Below are positions 46,125-58,072 of a stretch of 64,000 nt of DNA, piece by piece. Position numbers and translations under genes: made by a program. Position 1 is the first letter of the stretch. Each line of letters begins with the position of its first letter. Origin of the DNA: Hyphochytrium catenoides (Eukaryota > Protista > Hyphochytriomycota); the NCBI GenBank assembly GCA_900088475.1, contig FLMG01000265.1, forward strand, positions 186,001 to 250,000, written 5' to 3'. The notes under the pieces are model-generated. The model made no database searches and was not told the DNA's origin. It saw nothing but the letters and a program-made list of their open reading frames with translations.

Positions 46125-49100
46125 CGTGCCTATGAACTAAAGGTACAGATCCTGGACGAATCTAACCCCTAATCGATTGCTCTCGGGGTGTCTCTATCGC
46201 CGCCGACTAGTACTTTTCCTTGGGCAAGCCAAATGAATTATGGCCAAGTTCTCTGGCGTTGGAAACACTTCCAACGACCGCAGTCTGCGGGGAACGGGAG
46301 CGCTTGTGAAAACTGCGCTCTTTTGCAGAATCTGCGGATTGCTCTTTTGTCGTTGCTCTGGTCCTTGTTGCTGTGTGACTCAGGCACTCCTTGCTGCTGT
46401 AGCTTCTGGCGTTTTGAAGACTTCCCTCTGCTGGCTGGCGACTGTGGGCTAACTAAAATAGCCTCCTCCGTGCGATGACGGCTGCTCCACGGCCGGGGAA
46501 AACGAGCCGCTGTTGACAGCTCCACAAGCCCATCATCCCTAGACTCCACCTCTGATCTTACTCACATACTGCCTCTATACTGATCCTCTGACTCTCCTAT
46601 GCTGTATCTCAGGAACGTAAAGGGCGTCATTATAGCTTTGGAAAGTTACTCTGTTTCACTCATTGCATATCTTGGGCTCGCTCTGTCTGCCGTCTATCCG
46701 TTCCTACGCAGCCTCACCTTCCTCCCTCCTCTCTCATGGCTCTTCATCAATCACCATCCTCTATCACTGAAACCTACGAACGAAAAAGCCCCACAGCTGA
46801 AAGAAACAAAAGGAGATAGATAAGGAATAGACATTCTCATCCTTTCATTTCCTTTAGTTTCTTTCAGAGAAGTTTCAGAGAGTTGGGATCTTCTGCTTCT
46901 TTGTCGGCCAACTTTGACTACCGACACATGGTGGGTGGGCTCCTTTGCATCTGCATTAGACAGTACTTCACCATTGGGATGGGTGGGCCTCTGTAGAGCT
47001 ATACGTTTGGGGGACGCCATGGCCAAGAAATGCAAAGAGCCGCGGGTGGATGGTCCCTCCCATCCACCTGTCTGACTTCCTTGCATAACCGCTACTCAAC
47101 ACAAGACAGTCCGCTTTCTTGATAGAGGCTAACAATCAATGTTCTAAAGCCCATCACAGTGCCTGCTCCTTTATTGGTCGATACTGAGGACTGAGGTCAG
47201 CAGCCTCAGCCAATCCGATCGCGAGAATCAGTCCTACTTCACCCAGAAATAGTCGCATTGTTCAGCAAGAGGTAGGCTTTCTATAGTAGTAGATGGCTTA
47301 TAGGAAGCCTTTATTACTTGTACTCGCATAATCTTTTTCTGGGTAATAATGGCTAACGTCTCTAGTTCGGTGGAGCTCAGTACCTAAGATGTTCGACAGT
47401 AGTTCTACCTGTGCAGCCAAAATCTGGATTGTCAATTAGAGGAACAGAGGATCTTGCAAAGATCAGCTTCCAGGTCCAAAGTAATGATGAGAAAACAGCT
47501 TGCGCCACTCTTCATCATGACAGCTCTACGTCTTTTGTTCCCCTTGCGCTGGTACCGACGATGCTATGCTTGTCTGCGGACAACTAGGTAATCAAGTAGT
47601 TCTCGAGACCTCGACGGATTGCTATTATTCTCACCAAAGGAGGATGATCGCAACAGCTACACCAAGACAACAATTTCACAAGGACCTCAGAGTGCGACGC
47701 AAACAACCACTAGGGCTGCTGCAGTAAGAAGCAGGTACGTTTAAGGGTGCTGCATGATGATGTTAGGGGCGTAAGCACTTCGAATACTCCGTAGTGGTGC
47801 AACAACATTGACCGTGTTGGTCTCTTCGCCCTTAAACTCTTTCTAAGTAACAGCGTTCGCTATCAAATTGATGTAATTTAGATAGTTCTAAAACTCTACG
47901 TGTCCTTCCATGGCCCTCATTAAAGAGGAAAATTGCTAACAGCACCTTCATGGAAAAGACCTTTCCCTCTGTAGAATACATCACATCTTACCAACCATAA
48001 CCTTCTCGTACACCAAGAGCATCACTTGGCGTTATTACTTTACTCTTTCTCTCGTCGATGATGAAAGCGCACAATTGATTATTATTGTTTATGTCACTAT
48101 GGAATCCAACCTGGAGGTAGTAAGACGACAACGAGTAGATAGCGGAGTACGCGGAACGATAGAAACATTGAAGAGTGATGAGATTGTGCAGCTACCCTGA
48201 GAACGTCTGTCGCTTAGTTCGGCAATGAAGAAGCTTTATTATAGTTCTCTTACAGGCCTAGAATCAAAAGAGATGATGATATACATATCCCGATGCGCTG
48301 AGGTAAAGGTTCTATTGTAGCAGGACGATAGTTCCTACGACAGCAAAAGAAGATAACGCGGGGACATGCGGAGTCGTTATAGTTGGGAAAAAAAGAGAAT
48401 GAGCCATGCATTCGTCTTCCTGCTCGTGCTTCTTGTTACCCCCATTTTGCTAGCGACTCAAGGGGAAGAAAATGTGCTGTTTCTTAGATCTCGGAGAAGA
48501 AGATTGCGTATGAATAACATCTTCTCTGCTGTCGGTCGCCTACAATAAATGCAGGAGCGAGGTCGGAGTGTCTTACTTACGACGTTCTGCTTCTCATCAT
48601 CATCATCAATAATATCTCGTCATTATTGTGCAGCAGCAAATCACTAAACCAGGCCCTCTCCTCTCTTATAATGAAAATCGGGGAGAACCTTCCATATTTG
48701 TCAGCTCTATCTTCTTGTCTCTCATTTCTCTTTACATGCCCTATGCTCATCATCATTAGAATACCTTCTTTCCTCTGGTCATCGTTGTCCTTCGTCCTCT
48801 TTATAAAAAGTCAAATAGGATGGTGGCAAAGCACAAAATCACATGTCAGGTTATATATACACAAGCTTTACAGGAACTAACATCGCGAACAACCACAACG
48901 CACTGCTTTCGTACTGACCCTGCGACATTTCTTGCGGCCAAAGAGCGGCGGCGGGCCAAGTAATAAAGGCTGGCTAATAATGGGTAAGATAATATTCTAC
49001 GCTTTCTGATGCCGGACCAGATTTTACTTCGAACTACCGGTTGCTTCATCTTTCTTGCCATCTGCCATCTGTCTCTTCTTCTGACCTCTGACCTTCTTCC

Positions 49101-49325
49101 CTACTTATTTTTCTATAAAGCTTGTTGCTCTTGGCTTCTTCCGCACTTGAGATCTGCAAGAGTTGCCTATCTCCCAGATTGAGTGGAACAGCCTGGACTG
49201 GGCACCATCTTTACTGTCCTGTTCAGTTCTTAATCTCACACACTGGACACCGTGCAGCCTAGTAAAACAGAGTATCGATCGTTCGTTCCGACTCCTGGTC
49301 TTATCTGTGCTCACTGCGTGTCAAT

Positions 49326-50075
49326 ATGACGGCCAACAAGAAGCAGAAGGTTTTGCTGATTGACAACTATGACTCTTTTACCTATAATTTGATGCAGGTA
49401 GGCTTATCTAAGGGTTAAACGCACCTGTCGTCATCAATTCCTGCTGACCGATGACTTTCGGCTAATTTCTTCGGCAGTATATGGCGGAACTTGGGGCAGA
49501 AGTCACTGTAAAAAGGAACGATGAGGTGGATGTTGCCTGGTGTGAGGCTTTTCAGCCAGATAGGATCATGATCTCTCCTGGTCCAGGATACCCCAGGGAT
49601 GCAGGAATATCGAACGATGTTATCAGGGCATTCGCTGGAAAGGTCCCCATCTTTGGAGTTTGTCTAGGTGAGAGTGTTAACAGTCCAATCCTAACTTCAG
49701 GGTACAATTTACTTCATGTTGCTGACTGTACCGTGGTCACCCTGAAAAGGTCATCAATGCATGTTTGAGGTCTATGGGGGCACCATCGGCCCTGCGGGTG
49801 AAATTATGCACGGCAAAACGTCGGAGATGAAAAATGATGGCAAAGGCGTCTTCAAGGGCCTACCTGCAGTTACGCCAGCTGTGCGATACCATTCACTAGT
49901 TGGTCTACCGCATACTCTGCCGCCTGAACTTGAAGTTACGTGCACCAAGAAGGACAGCGACATGATCATGGGCATTAGGCATCGTGTCCATAAGGTAGAA
50001 GGGGTGCAGTTTCACCCAGAGAGTATCGCTACAGAGGCTGGGATGCAGATGATCAAAAATTTTCTTGAGATGTGA
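49326..50075 (+). CDS. trpG: Anthranilate synthase component II / class I glutamine amidotransferase (stand-alone)
   Basis: Motifs LLIDNYDSFTYNL, ISPGPG, GVCLG|HQ, MHGK, RYHSL and GVQFHPES. Exons 49326-49397, 49478-49667 and 49750-50075 have canonical introns. Confidence 0.93.
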
Positions 50076-50477
50076 GAGGTTGAGGTCCAAGCAGCCAAGC
50101 CAGGCTATCGCGCTTGCTTTATCCTTCAACCTTTGCCACATCATCATCTGTTATTTATGTGTCATATCTCTTCCAGTTTAGTCTAAGAGCTGGTATAGTC
50201 TAACAGTGGCACTTCACACCCAACCAGAAACAGCAGAGCGATGGATCCTTTATAACAAATATGGATGGGAGCCAGGACTATAGAGTCATAAGACCTATTA
50301 GCGAAAGAATGAGACTCAGAAGAAGCACCAATCATATATCTCTATGCTTCGCTCTCGACTAGCAGATCCCACTGCTCGCTATCATCCTCCGCATCTGCTA
50401 TCGTCTGATAGTTCTTCGGCCGGTCCACCCGGAAGAATATTCCTACGGAGCGCGCCCAGATTCAGTCGGGGTATAGC

Positions 50478-51939
50478 TCAAACCATCACTTCGCCGGCTG
50501 TCGTACCTGTGAGGACTAGAAAGAGTCCCACCGCGAACAACGCAATCCGAACGGGAGAGAGAAACTGCCATTCCTGTCATTGCACCATCGGCACTATGTT
50601 CGCTCAACACAAATTAACGAAATCTACGCACCTGGAAAAAGAGGAACGGGGACGAGGTGGTGACCAGTACCAGGAGAGCATAGTGCACAGGAATGACAAG
50701 GATGGGATCATATTCATGCAGAGCACGGTTGAGATCCCAACGCTAGTAACGTAGCCCAAAAGTTAGTTACCTTCAAGGTATGTCAAGTGGCTTAGCTAGC
50801 AGTATACCTGCAAGAGCAATAAGCAGGCACCAACTAGCCCAACCAGCCACGTCTCAAGCCCAAAAGAGCCCCTAAATAGCTTCATCTTAGCGTCGGTCTG
50901 AGTAGTCTCGTTAGGCGCAGTCAGCTAAAACCTTCGGCCATGTATCAGCTCCACGAAAATCTTGAGTTGCAGGTTTGCGATGCCACCTAGGAGTCCTCCT
51001 ACAGAGCTGAAGCATAGCCGACGCACTTCAGATCTCACTCTTTGGGAGGGGCGGGAGAGAGTCAGGCTCGCTTATTTGAACTGTGATAATCAAGGCGTAC
51101 CTCTCAGCTTTAGATAGCTTTCGCCTCGCAGAGCTTCTGCCATTGTATGCAGGAGTAGGCGAGGCGTACATCTCGGGCCGAAGATGCAAGGACGGCCGCA
51201 GAAGACGTCTTCCGCAGTAGAATATGGCGATCAAAAAAAACTTGAAGATCATATCAGTGGCTGACAAACTAAAATAGCTAAGAAAAGATAAACCCCACTC
51301 ACTGTGACAGCCAAGTAGATGACGAAGGGTTTTTGGTGGAAGTAGGTCCATATCTCTCGGTTAGAATATCCCTGGCGAACATGGACACCCCAGATAACGC
51401 AGATTACACAGCCAGCGATGACTAGGGTGTTTCCGAAGGCTCCATATTGGTAGGCGAAGGATTCATGAAGGACTAGTCTGGCTGAAAGGGAGTGCCAGAC
51501 CAAAGCGAGTCCTTGAAGTGGCGCAATCAGGCTCTGAAGGGTCAACAGGAACATAATTGTGTCTCAGCCGCTGAACATTGTGAGAGTTACTCTAGCAACC
51601 TTACCAGCGACGAGAAGAGAAGTGAGATTACGGTTAGTGGTAGATAGAGTCCATAATTGAAGATGATGCCTGAAATGTACAGAGGATTCTTGTAGACGGG
51701 TGGCTGCATGTACCAAGAGGGACAGAAAAGCAGGTTAGCTCTGTAGGTAACACCTCATGTAGGTGACTTACCGCTTCCCCAAACCTACAGATAGTGTTCT
51801 CGTGCATGATTCGAGCCTTCGTGATAAGCGTCTCACCCAGCGCTGAACATGCAGTCGCGAAGATGATGCAGAGAACGCTGACCCACCACATGCCAATCGA
51901 TAGCTTCCGAGTCATGCTATCCAGACCATCGTCTATCAT
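50478..51939 (-). CDS. NIPA-like (DMT superfamily) putative Mg2+ transporter, multi-exon
   Basis: QSLIAPLQGLALVWHSLSARLVLHE, F.QKPFVIYL, LNRALHEYDPILVIPVHY, and FFQ|EWQ...IALFAVGLFLVLTG. Multiple TM segments. Stop at 50478-50480; start ATG at 51891 or 51939. Confidence 0.75.
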
Positions 51940-53309
51940 AGAACATCATCAGGCATCTACTTTTACCACCCAAACAGCCACATACGAGGGAGAGTATGAA
52001 AGAAGAAGGTCTCTTGCCCTGTATATCCCTACCGGGTTGACCTTCGTAGGGCAAAAAGAGGACTGGTTCCATAACTTCGGACATGGCGCTCTTATGACCA
52101 AACCGTCTAAAGCTGGGTGGGGACTGGAAAGGTTGTTTGTGCCTTGCTGCGTTGGGCGTTAGTAGCCTTCTTTACGATGCTATCTTTCTAGGAATGGCCT
52201 GATTTCATCTAATACTGATTGCCTGTAGGCTATGTTTCTATTCTCCAGGTGCCGCGCCAGGGCAAGCAGCAACGGTAAGCTGCTACGAGTACTTCCAGCG
52301 AGAAAGCACTCCGCTATAAGACAGTGTGCTTCTTCTAGACATTCTCGGCATCAGCTAAAGGGAACACGAGGCCTTATTAGGAACACTTCGGGAGTCCGGG
52401 ACTGATGCATGCATTCCGATAAAGGATATGAAGTTTTGGAGGTTCTTCAGTGCTTCAGGATGCAGGACATAAAGGCTGTTCTCAGAAAGAAGTCTAAAGA
52501 TCTTCCACTCCTGTTCGTCGTATTCACTTCAAACACACAGTGCAAAGTACTGGATGGCTGTATCACACTAAGGACGAAAGCCCTATCGGTATTACGAATA
52601 GGACTTACCTTATTCCGTCATCATGCTAAGGATCTTCATAATAATCATGATACACGCTTCCTCCGGAATAGTATTGCTATTCATTTAGGATCATCATGGG
52701 AGTTACAAGTATCATGATGGATTGAGAGGCTGGTCCTGTCAGGCGTGAGGAGCCATCAGACCAGGGCAGTAGAGAGACTTCCTCGTCCTGGTCAAGAGCA
52801 GAGAAGGCAGTGAACATACGACGGAGGCTATGCAAACGAGAAGATGGAGATGGAGAGGACCGACGAGCCGGAGACGATGTGAGAAGGAACGTAAGGTAGG
52901 GTGGCGGAGAAGCGTGAGAAAGAGCCCGATTAAAGCAAGAATGATTAAGAGCGTAAGCATTACAGCGAGTCAGTTTATCAGAACACGCAGGTTTAGCAGA
53001 AGAGATGGAGTTCTGGACGCAATGTCTTTAATGCCTGAGAGCAAAACTCCGTAACCTACCGTAATCTTTTTATGCTGCCTACTCGTGGGCTATACCGGTG
53101 ACCTCGCGTGACTCGAAACAAAAAGGCTTCATCACAGTCAGCGAGGCAATTCCGACTCTAGTGAGGTCACGTCTGAAGCCCCAAAACATGTTATGCTCTC
53201 TGAGGAGTACCATGATTCTGCCATTAGTCTGAGTAACACTCTAAACAGCACTTAATAGCTGTTGTCCTGGACTCTTCTCTGCCGCTCGACGGGGAGCTTC
53301 TATCTCAAG

Positions 53310-56300
53310 ATGGCGGATAGCGCGCGGGAAGAAGGCGAAGGCCAAGACTATGACGATGACTTTGCTGACGATGAGTTCACCGAAGAGAAGAACGAGGATG
53401 CTAACCCCCAATCGTCACCGTCAGCAGCAGAGACTATCCATCTAGTAGCTCAAGTCCACGGGCCTGCCACTGTTCTTGTGGGCACTGCCATTCATCAGGC
53501 CCTTGTTCCCTTTTCGTTGGTCAAACGTAGTCCTGAGGATAAGCCTTTAGACGTCGAAATGAGCTCTGATGCGTTTGGGGAAAGGCAGCAGACCTCTGTA
53601 GAACCCTTGCCACGGTCATCTATTCTACAAAGCCTATCAGAGAAGGAGCTCGAGAAAGGAGCAGGAGAGGCAGCTATTCATCAGCTAGCTCAGGTCCATG
53701 CCCCAGCAGCCGTACTGGTTGGCTCCGCCATTCATCAAGCGCTGGCGCCCTTTTCAGAAACTTTACTTCCAGGGAAGAATGGACCTATCATTTCGGGATC
53801 AGAAGCCCAGCCAACTACTGATGAGGATGGAAGCAGGGATGTACCATTGGAAGTGCCAGTAACCGAGCTTGATACAATAGTCCCCGGGTCAAGCGTAAGT
53901 GAGTTGAGACATAGGAATGAAGTGGCAGAAGCATGTCGCCTAGCCCAAGTCCATGCACCGGCGATGATTCTTGTTGGCTCTGCCATTACTGAAGCCCTGA
54001 ACCCTTTCACCGCTGACGCGAACAAGGACCCGGAACAGAATACCTTCAAGCCAATCCCAACAGGCACTGACGACATCAACACTGGAGGGCAACATACGGA
54101 TGAATTGGGAAGGAAACAGAAGACAGATGCTGCTGACTTGAAAGGGGCTGAGAATAGAGACGTAGGGGCTGCCATTCAACGCATAGCGCTGGTACATGCA
54201 CCTGCGGCGGTTCTGATAGGGTCGGCCATTCATCACGCCCTGGCACCTAGTTCCCCAGCCTCTCTGGCGCACCAAGAGAGCCTCCATAAGGTTGAAGAGC
54301 CGCAGTCCGCCTTTCCGCAGACCACAATGGAGGATAACGCCTTCGCCGACGATTTTGAGACAGATGAAATTGGTAAAGAATCGAGTGGACGACCCATAGA
54401 GAAGACTAAAGCGGAGCTTCCTCCCAACTGCTCTGGAACTACACTGGATGCCCCTGGGCCCCCAAAGGAAGAACCAATCAAGAAGGACTATCAACCGCTC
54501 CTAGGTTCAGAGACGAAGCTAGAGAACGACGACGACTATGGTGACGATGCTTTCTTCGCCGAAGACGACGGACAAGAAGCGTTCGAAGACACAGCGGCTC
54601 CAACCTCTCTGGGGACTGCAGCATGCGAGGCATCCCTCTCTCTTGCCTTGGCTAACGATACATCACGTGCCATTTTGCAGGAAGCAGTAACCAACCACGT
54701 CTCTGCGAAATCTGGGGTTAATAAGCTGGCTATCACAGGTATGGAGAAGAGAGTGACTCAAGGGGCCAAGGAAGAAAGGGCTCAGGAGGATAAAGATCCT
54801 GAAGAGGCAGTAGGAGCAAAATGGGAAACAGAAAGCCACCCTTCGATTGGCAATGCAAAGATCCCCCTAGACCAAGGACTATCTTGCCCACACCGCGAGG
54901 GGTTCCAGGATGGCGAGGAACCAGATAGGCATGATGAGGCCGTTGAAGCACACTTACTGAGAACAACGAGAGAGCAGGAGTGTCTAAGGGCTACCTCAGT
55001 GGCAGTGGCTAGAGAATCTATCGGCCTAGGTGTTGAAATTGCGGCGAGAGGTCAGAGTTCTCCCATCCTCGTAAAGTCTCCAACTGTAGACACGTACGAA
55101 CAGGCGGAACTTCTTCTAGAGAATTCTCCGTCGGTAACGGAAGTAATCGTCGGAGCTAATCATGCCCAGATTTTCAGCAAGACAGAGGCAGGCGGGGAGC
55201 CTTCCGCTTGTATTGATGCAAAGAATGAAGAAGCAACGACCTCTCGAACTGGTAAAGAGGACCAATTGGAGCAGATACCGGACCCCCCGGACGAAAGCCC
55301 TTACTCTATCGGCGAGTTTGAAGAGGGGACTGACATCATACGTGATGGCAACAAAATAGAACTGGCAGTGAAGCTTGAGAAGGTTGTTGTCCCCGATGGC
55401 ATGGTGATCGATACGAAAGAGCAGGTTGAGAAGGACAGTGAGGAGGCGCTGCCAGCTCTCTCGGCTGTGGTCAACGCTCCGGTTGAGGATAGCATTCCAA
55501 AGCAGGAAACAATGTCAACAGGAAGTCAAAGAGGCGGGAAGCCGGAGAAGGCAGAAGGGGCTATAGACAATCCCTACAATGATAGTGATTTCGAGATAGC
55601 CACCAGCGGAAGTGACAAGAAGGCAGGAGCTGAGAAGAAAGAGGACGATCCCTACGGGGACGCTGACTTCGACAAGGAAGAGAGCGAAGGACCTGCAAGC
55701 TCCGGACAAGTTAGGAACGTGGCAGGATCTACTTCTAAGCCAGATCTGGAGCAGAGAGTGAGCCAAATGGATGTGAGTACGACAGAAATAGAAAAAGACA
55801 GCACTTCGGCTGTGGGTCCAACGAGGGACGGCAAGGGCACCGCTTTTACCGATGATGCACCTTCCGTAACATGTGGAAGCTATTCTTCGGAGGCTGGAGA
55901 CTATCAAGGAAAAAGCCAGTCAGGTGTTGCCAGGGAAGCGCAAAACGCGACCTCCCCGGGGGCTGCTTCCGCTGAAGCCACAACGCCCTCGGGCAACTAC
56001 GGGGCTTCAGAAGACCAGAAAGAAGAGGAGAGCAGTGATCTCGTGGGCGCTATCGAAGAAAAGAAAGAGAATAGGGAAACCAAGAACGAGGCTGGCGCTT
56101 TATTGGGTTCAACCCAAAAACAAGAAGAGCGAAGTCCGCGACTTACCTTAGAGAAGAACGTGGAACAAGACGCCAAGACATCAGAGGCGACGGAAAGTTC
56201 TAGCGGCGCTAAAGAGCAGACTGGAGACAAAGTAGGAGGTGGTCACTCGCAAAGAGAAGTGAAGCTGGTGAAGGAGGAGATAGGTTCACGGGGTTCCAAA

Positions 56301-57290
56301 GGATCCAGAAGTACGTCGAACAAGAAAAACGATTTGCAGGAGGTGACCGTAGGGAAAAGTGCGAAGAAAGTTTCGGTCCCACGGAAGGCGACGGGGCCGC
56401 AGGGAAAGGCGTCGGAAGTCCATCATCGCCCGCAAAGCTCAAGCAATTCTGCATCTGCCGCCAATGCCAAAAAAGTCCTTGGGAAAGTAGGTACCACAGG
56501 TTCGCAGCAAAGGGCCAACAGTGCTACAACAGCCACAACAATCATAGGAGGGAACGAGTCCCACAAGTCCAAGGGGACGATAGAAGAGAAGAAGCCCAGT
56601 GCACCTTCAGCGATGACTCCACAGGGAAAGAGACTCCTCTCCTCTCCACTGCTGAAAGGAGCAGAAAGGAAGTCCACGAAGGTGATGAGCCAAGTATCGC
56701 CAACTAAATCGATGAAGCAGAGTGTCGACCGGGGTAAGTCTATCTCCAAGCAAGGAGAAGAGAAGGTTCTACCTCCTCTCCAAGTTCGAACCCCACGAAT
56801 AGACAACAAGCCGGCTCCTCTTGTCTCCCCTGGCCCATCATCAGCAGCTTCCCCCAAGAAGTCTGGTGGGAACCGTGGGAGTAAAGACGAGACCATGACA
56901 GCCGAGGAAGTGGACAGAGAACTTGAGGCAATCAAGAACGCGCTAGAAGAGCTTCGCCAGCAGAAGATGGGAAGAGCAGGTCGCGGCTCACGCTCTCCGC
57001 CATCTTTCCGCTCCTCCCGCTCTGCCACACAGCATCTGCCGAAGCTACGGACAGGTGACTCGGGGAAGACTATTGTGGCCGGAACAGCTCGAGTAGGCAA
57101 GGCGACAGACGATTTAGATGTAGACTTATGCAAGCGGGCAATCAAATGGAACCTTACTAAGGGCTCAAGCTTCGTGGTTGACGGCTCTGCTCCAGGGGCC
57201 GCGGTCGAGGAGTCATTCAATGCGCATGACACTCGTGTTGAGGGCGGCTATGTCTTTCCTGCTACGTATTTAAACCGCATAGGGCGGTAA
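53310..57290 (+). CDS. Large acidic, largely disordered protein (~1326 aa) with four ~30-aa amphipathic-helix repeats
   Basis: A single 4-kb ORF with first ATG at 53310. Four copies of (L/I/V)A(Q/L)VH(A/G)PAxx L(V/I)G(S/T)AIxxAL.P, recurring YxDxxF acidic motifs, a basic Ser/Lys-rich C-terminal third and a short coiled coil (EVDRELEAIKNALEELRQQK). Confidence 0.8.
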   Translation: MADSAREEGEGQDYDDDFADDEFTEEKNEDANPQSSPSAAETIHLVAQVHGPATVLVGTAIHQALVPFSLVKRSPEDKPLDVEMSSDAFGERQQTSVEPLPRSSILQSLSEKELEKGAGEAAIHQLAQVHAPAAVLVGSAIHQALAPFSETLLPGKNGPIISGSEAQPTTDEDGSRDVPLEVPVTELDTIVPGSSVSELRHRNEVAEACRLAQVHAPAMILVGSAITEALNPFTADANKDPEQNTFKPIPTGTDDINTGGQHTDELGRKQKTDAADLKGAENRDVGAAIQRIALVHAPAAVLIGSAIHHALAPSSPASLAHQESLHKVEEPQSAFPQTTMEDNAFADDFETDEIGKESSGRPIEKTKAELPPNCSGTTLDAPGPPKEEPIKKDYQPLLGSETKLENDDDYGDDAFFAEDDGQEAFEDTAAPTSLGTAACEASLSLALANDTSRAILQEAVTNHVSAKSGVNKLAITGMEKRVTQGAKEERAQEDKDPEEAVGAKWETESHPSIGNAKIPLDQGLSCPHREGFQDGEEPDRHDEAVEAHLLRTTREQECLRATSVAVARESIGLGVEIAARGQSSPILVKSPTVDTYEQAELLLENSPSVTEVIVGANHAQIFSKTEAGGEPSACIDAKNEEATTSRTGKEDQLEQIPDPPDESPYSIGEFEEGTDIIRDGNKIELAVKLEKVVVPDGMVIDTKEQVEKDSEEALPALSAVVNAPVEDSIPKQETMSTGSQRGGKPEKAEGAIDNPYNDSDFEIATSGSDKKAGAEKKEDDPYGDADFDKEESEGPASSGQVRNVAGSTSKPDLEQRVSQMDVSTTEIEKDSTSAVGPTRDGKGTAFTDDAPSVTCGSYSSEAGDYQGKSQSGVAREAQNATSPGAASAEATTPSGNYGASEDQKEEESSDLVGAIEEKKENRETKNEAGALLGSTQKQEERSPRLTLEKNVEQDAKTSEATESSSGAKEQTGDKVGGGHSQREVKLVKEEIGSRGSKGSRSTSNKKNDLQEVTVGKSAKKVSVPRKATGPQGKASEVHHRPQSSSNSASAANAKKVLGKVGTTGSQQRANSATTATTIIGGNESHKSKGTIEEKKPSAPSAMTPQGKRLLSSPLLKGAERKSTKVMSQVSPTKSMKQSVDRGKSISKQGEEKVLPPLQVRTPRIDNKPAPLVSPGPSSAASPKKSGGNRGSKDETMTAEEVDRELEAIKNALEELRQQKMGRAGRGSRSPPSFRSSRSATQHLPKLRTGDSGKTIVAGTARVGKATDDLDVDLCKRAIKWNLTKGSSFVVDGSAPGAAVEESFNAHDTRVEGGYVFPATYLNRIGR

Positions 57291-57959
57291 CACATCCATA
57301 AACATTGCGCTGCCATAGAGTTCCACGTTAGACGCTTTCTTCCCTATTTTGACAGATAGTGTTAAAGGCAAAGACCTAAGCACTAATAACCGTTTACGTG
57401 CCTTGGCATTATAATTAGAGGGTGATCATAGAGCAGGAAGTTGGCGACAGGCAAACAGAGTAGGTTTTTGTCAATGTGCCGCGAGCGGAAAGGGTTTGGG
57501 CTCAGGGTTTGGAAAACGGCCAAAGTCTCTAGTTGGTTTTGCCCTTGTACTCATTAGAGAGCTAAGGACGGAGTCCTGAACTGGGAAACATCACTGGCAT
57601 GCAGGACAGGATCTTGAGGTTGAACAGTCACGACTTCTGGTAGAACTATGAGGGCGACCATGGTCAACAGATGATAACAAAGGGAAGAAGGGAGCTAATG
57701 CTGCTTGAACATCAACAGCTGAGCTCACGCAACTGAGGACAAGGACAATGGTGAACGATGACAGATCCTGGGCAGCCATGAGCCATGACACGCTATAGTT
57801 GTTCGTGAGCTCGTCTCCCTCTGTCATTGCCTGGTTCCTGATGGAGAAACTGGTGCCTTTCGTAGGAGAACGAAGCTCCAAGCTCTTTGCTGTGTGAGGA
57901 TGCAGGGTAGCTCCGCGATAGATTGCAAAGAGACAGATCGAGGAAGGGGGGGCAAGGCA

Positions 57960-58031
57960 ACAGAGGGAAGAGAAGAGAGAGAACAAGAGAGAAAGAGAGA
58001 GAGAGAGAGAGAAAGAGAAGAGAGAGAGAAA

Positions 58032-58072
<41 letters not shown>
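57960..58072. repeat. (GA)n-rich purine microsatellite
   Basis: Directly visible; it generates several spurious low-complexity ORFs. Confidence 0.9.
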
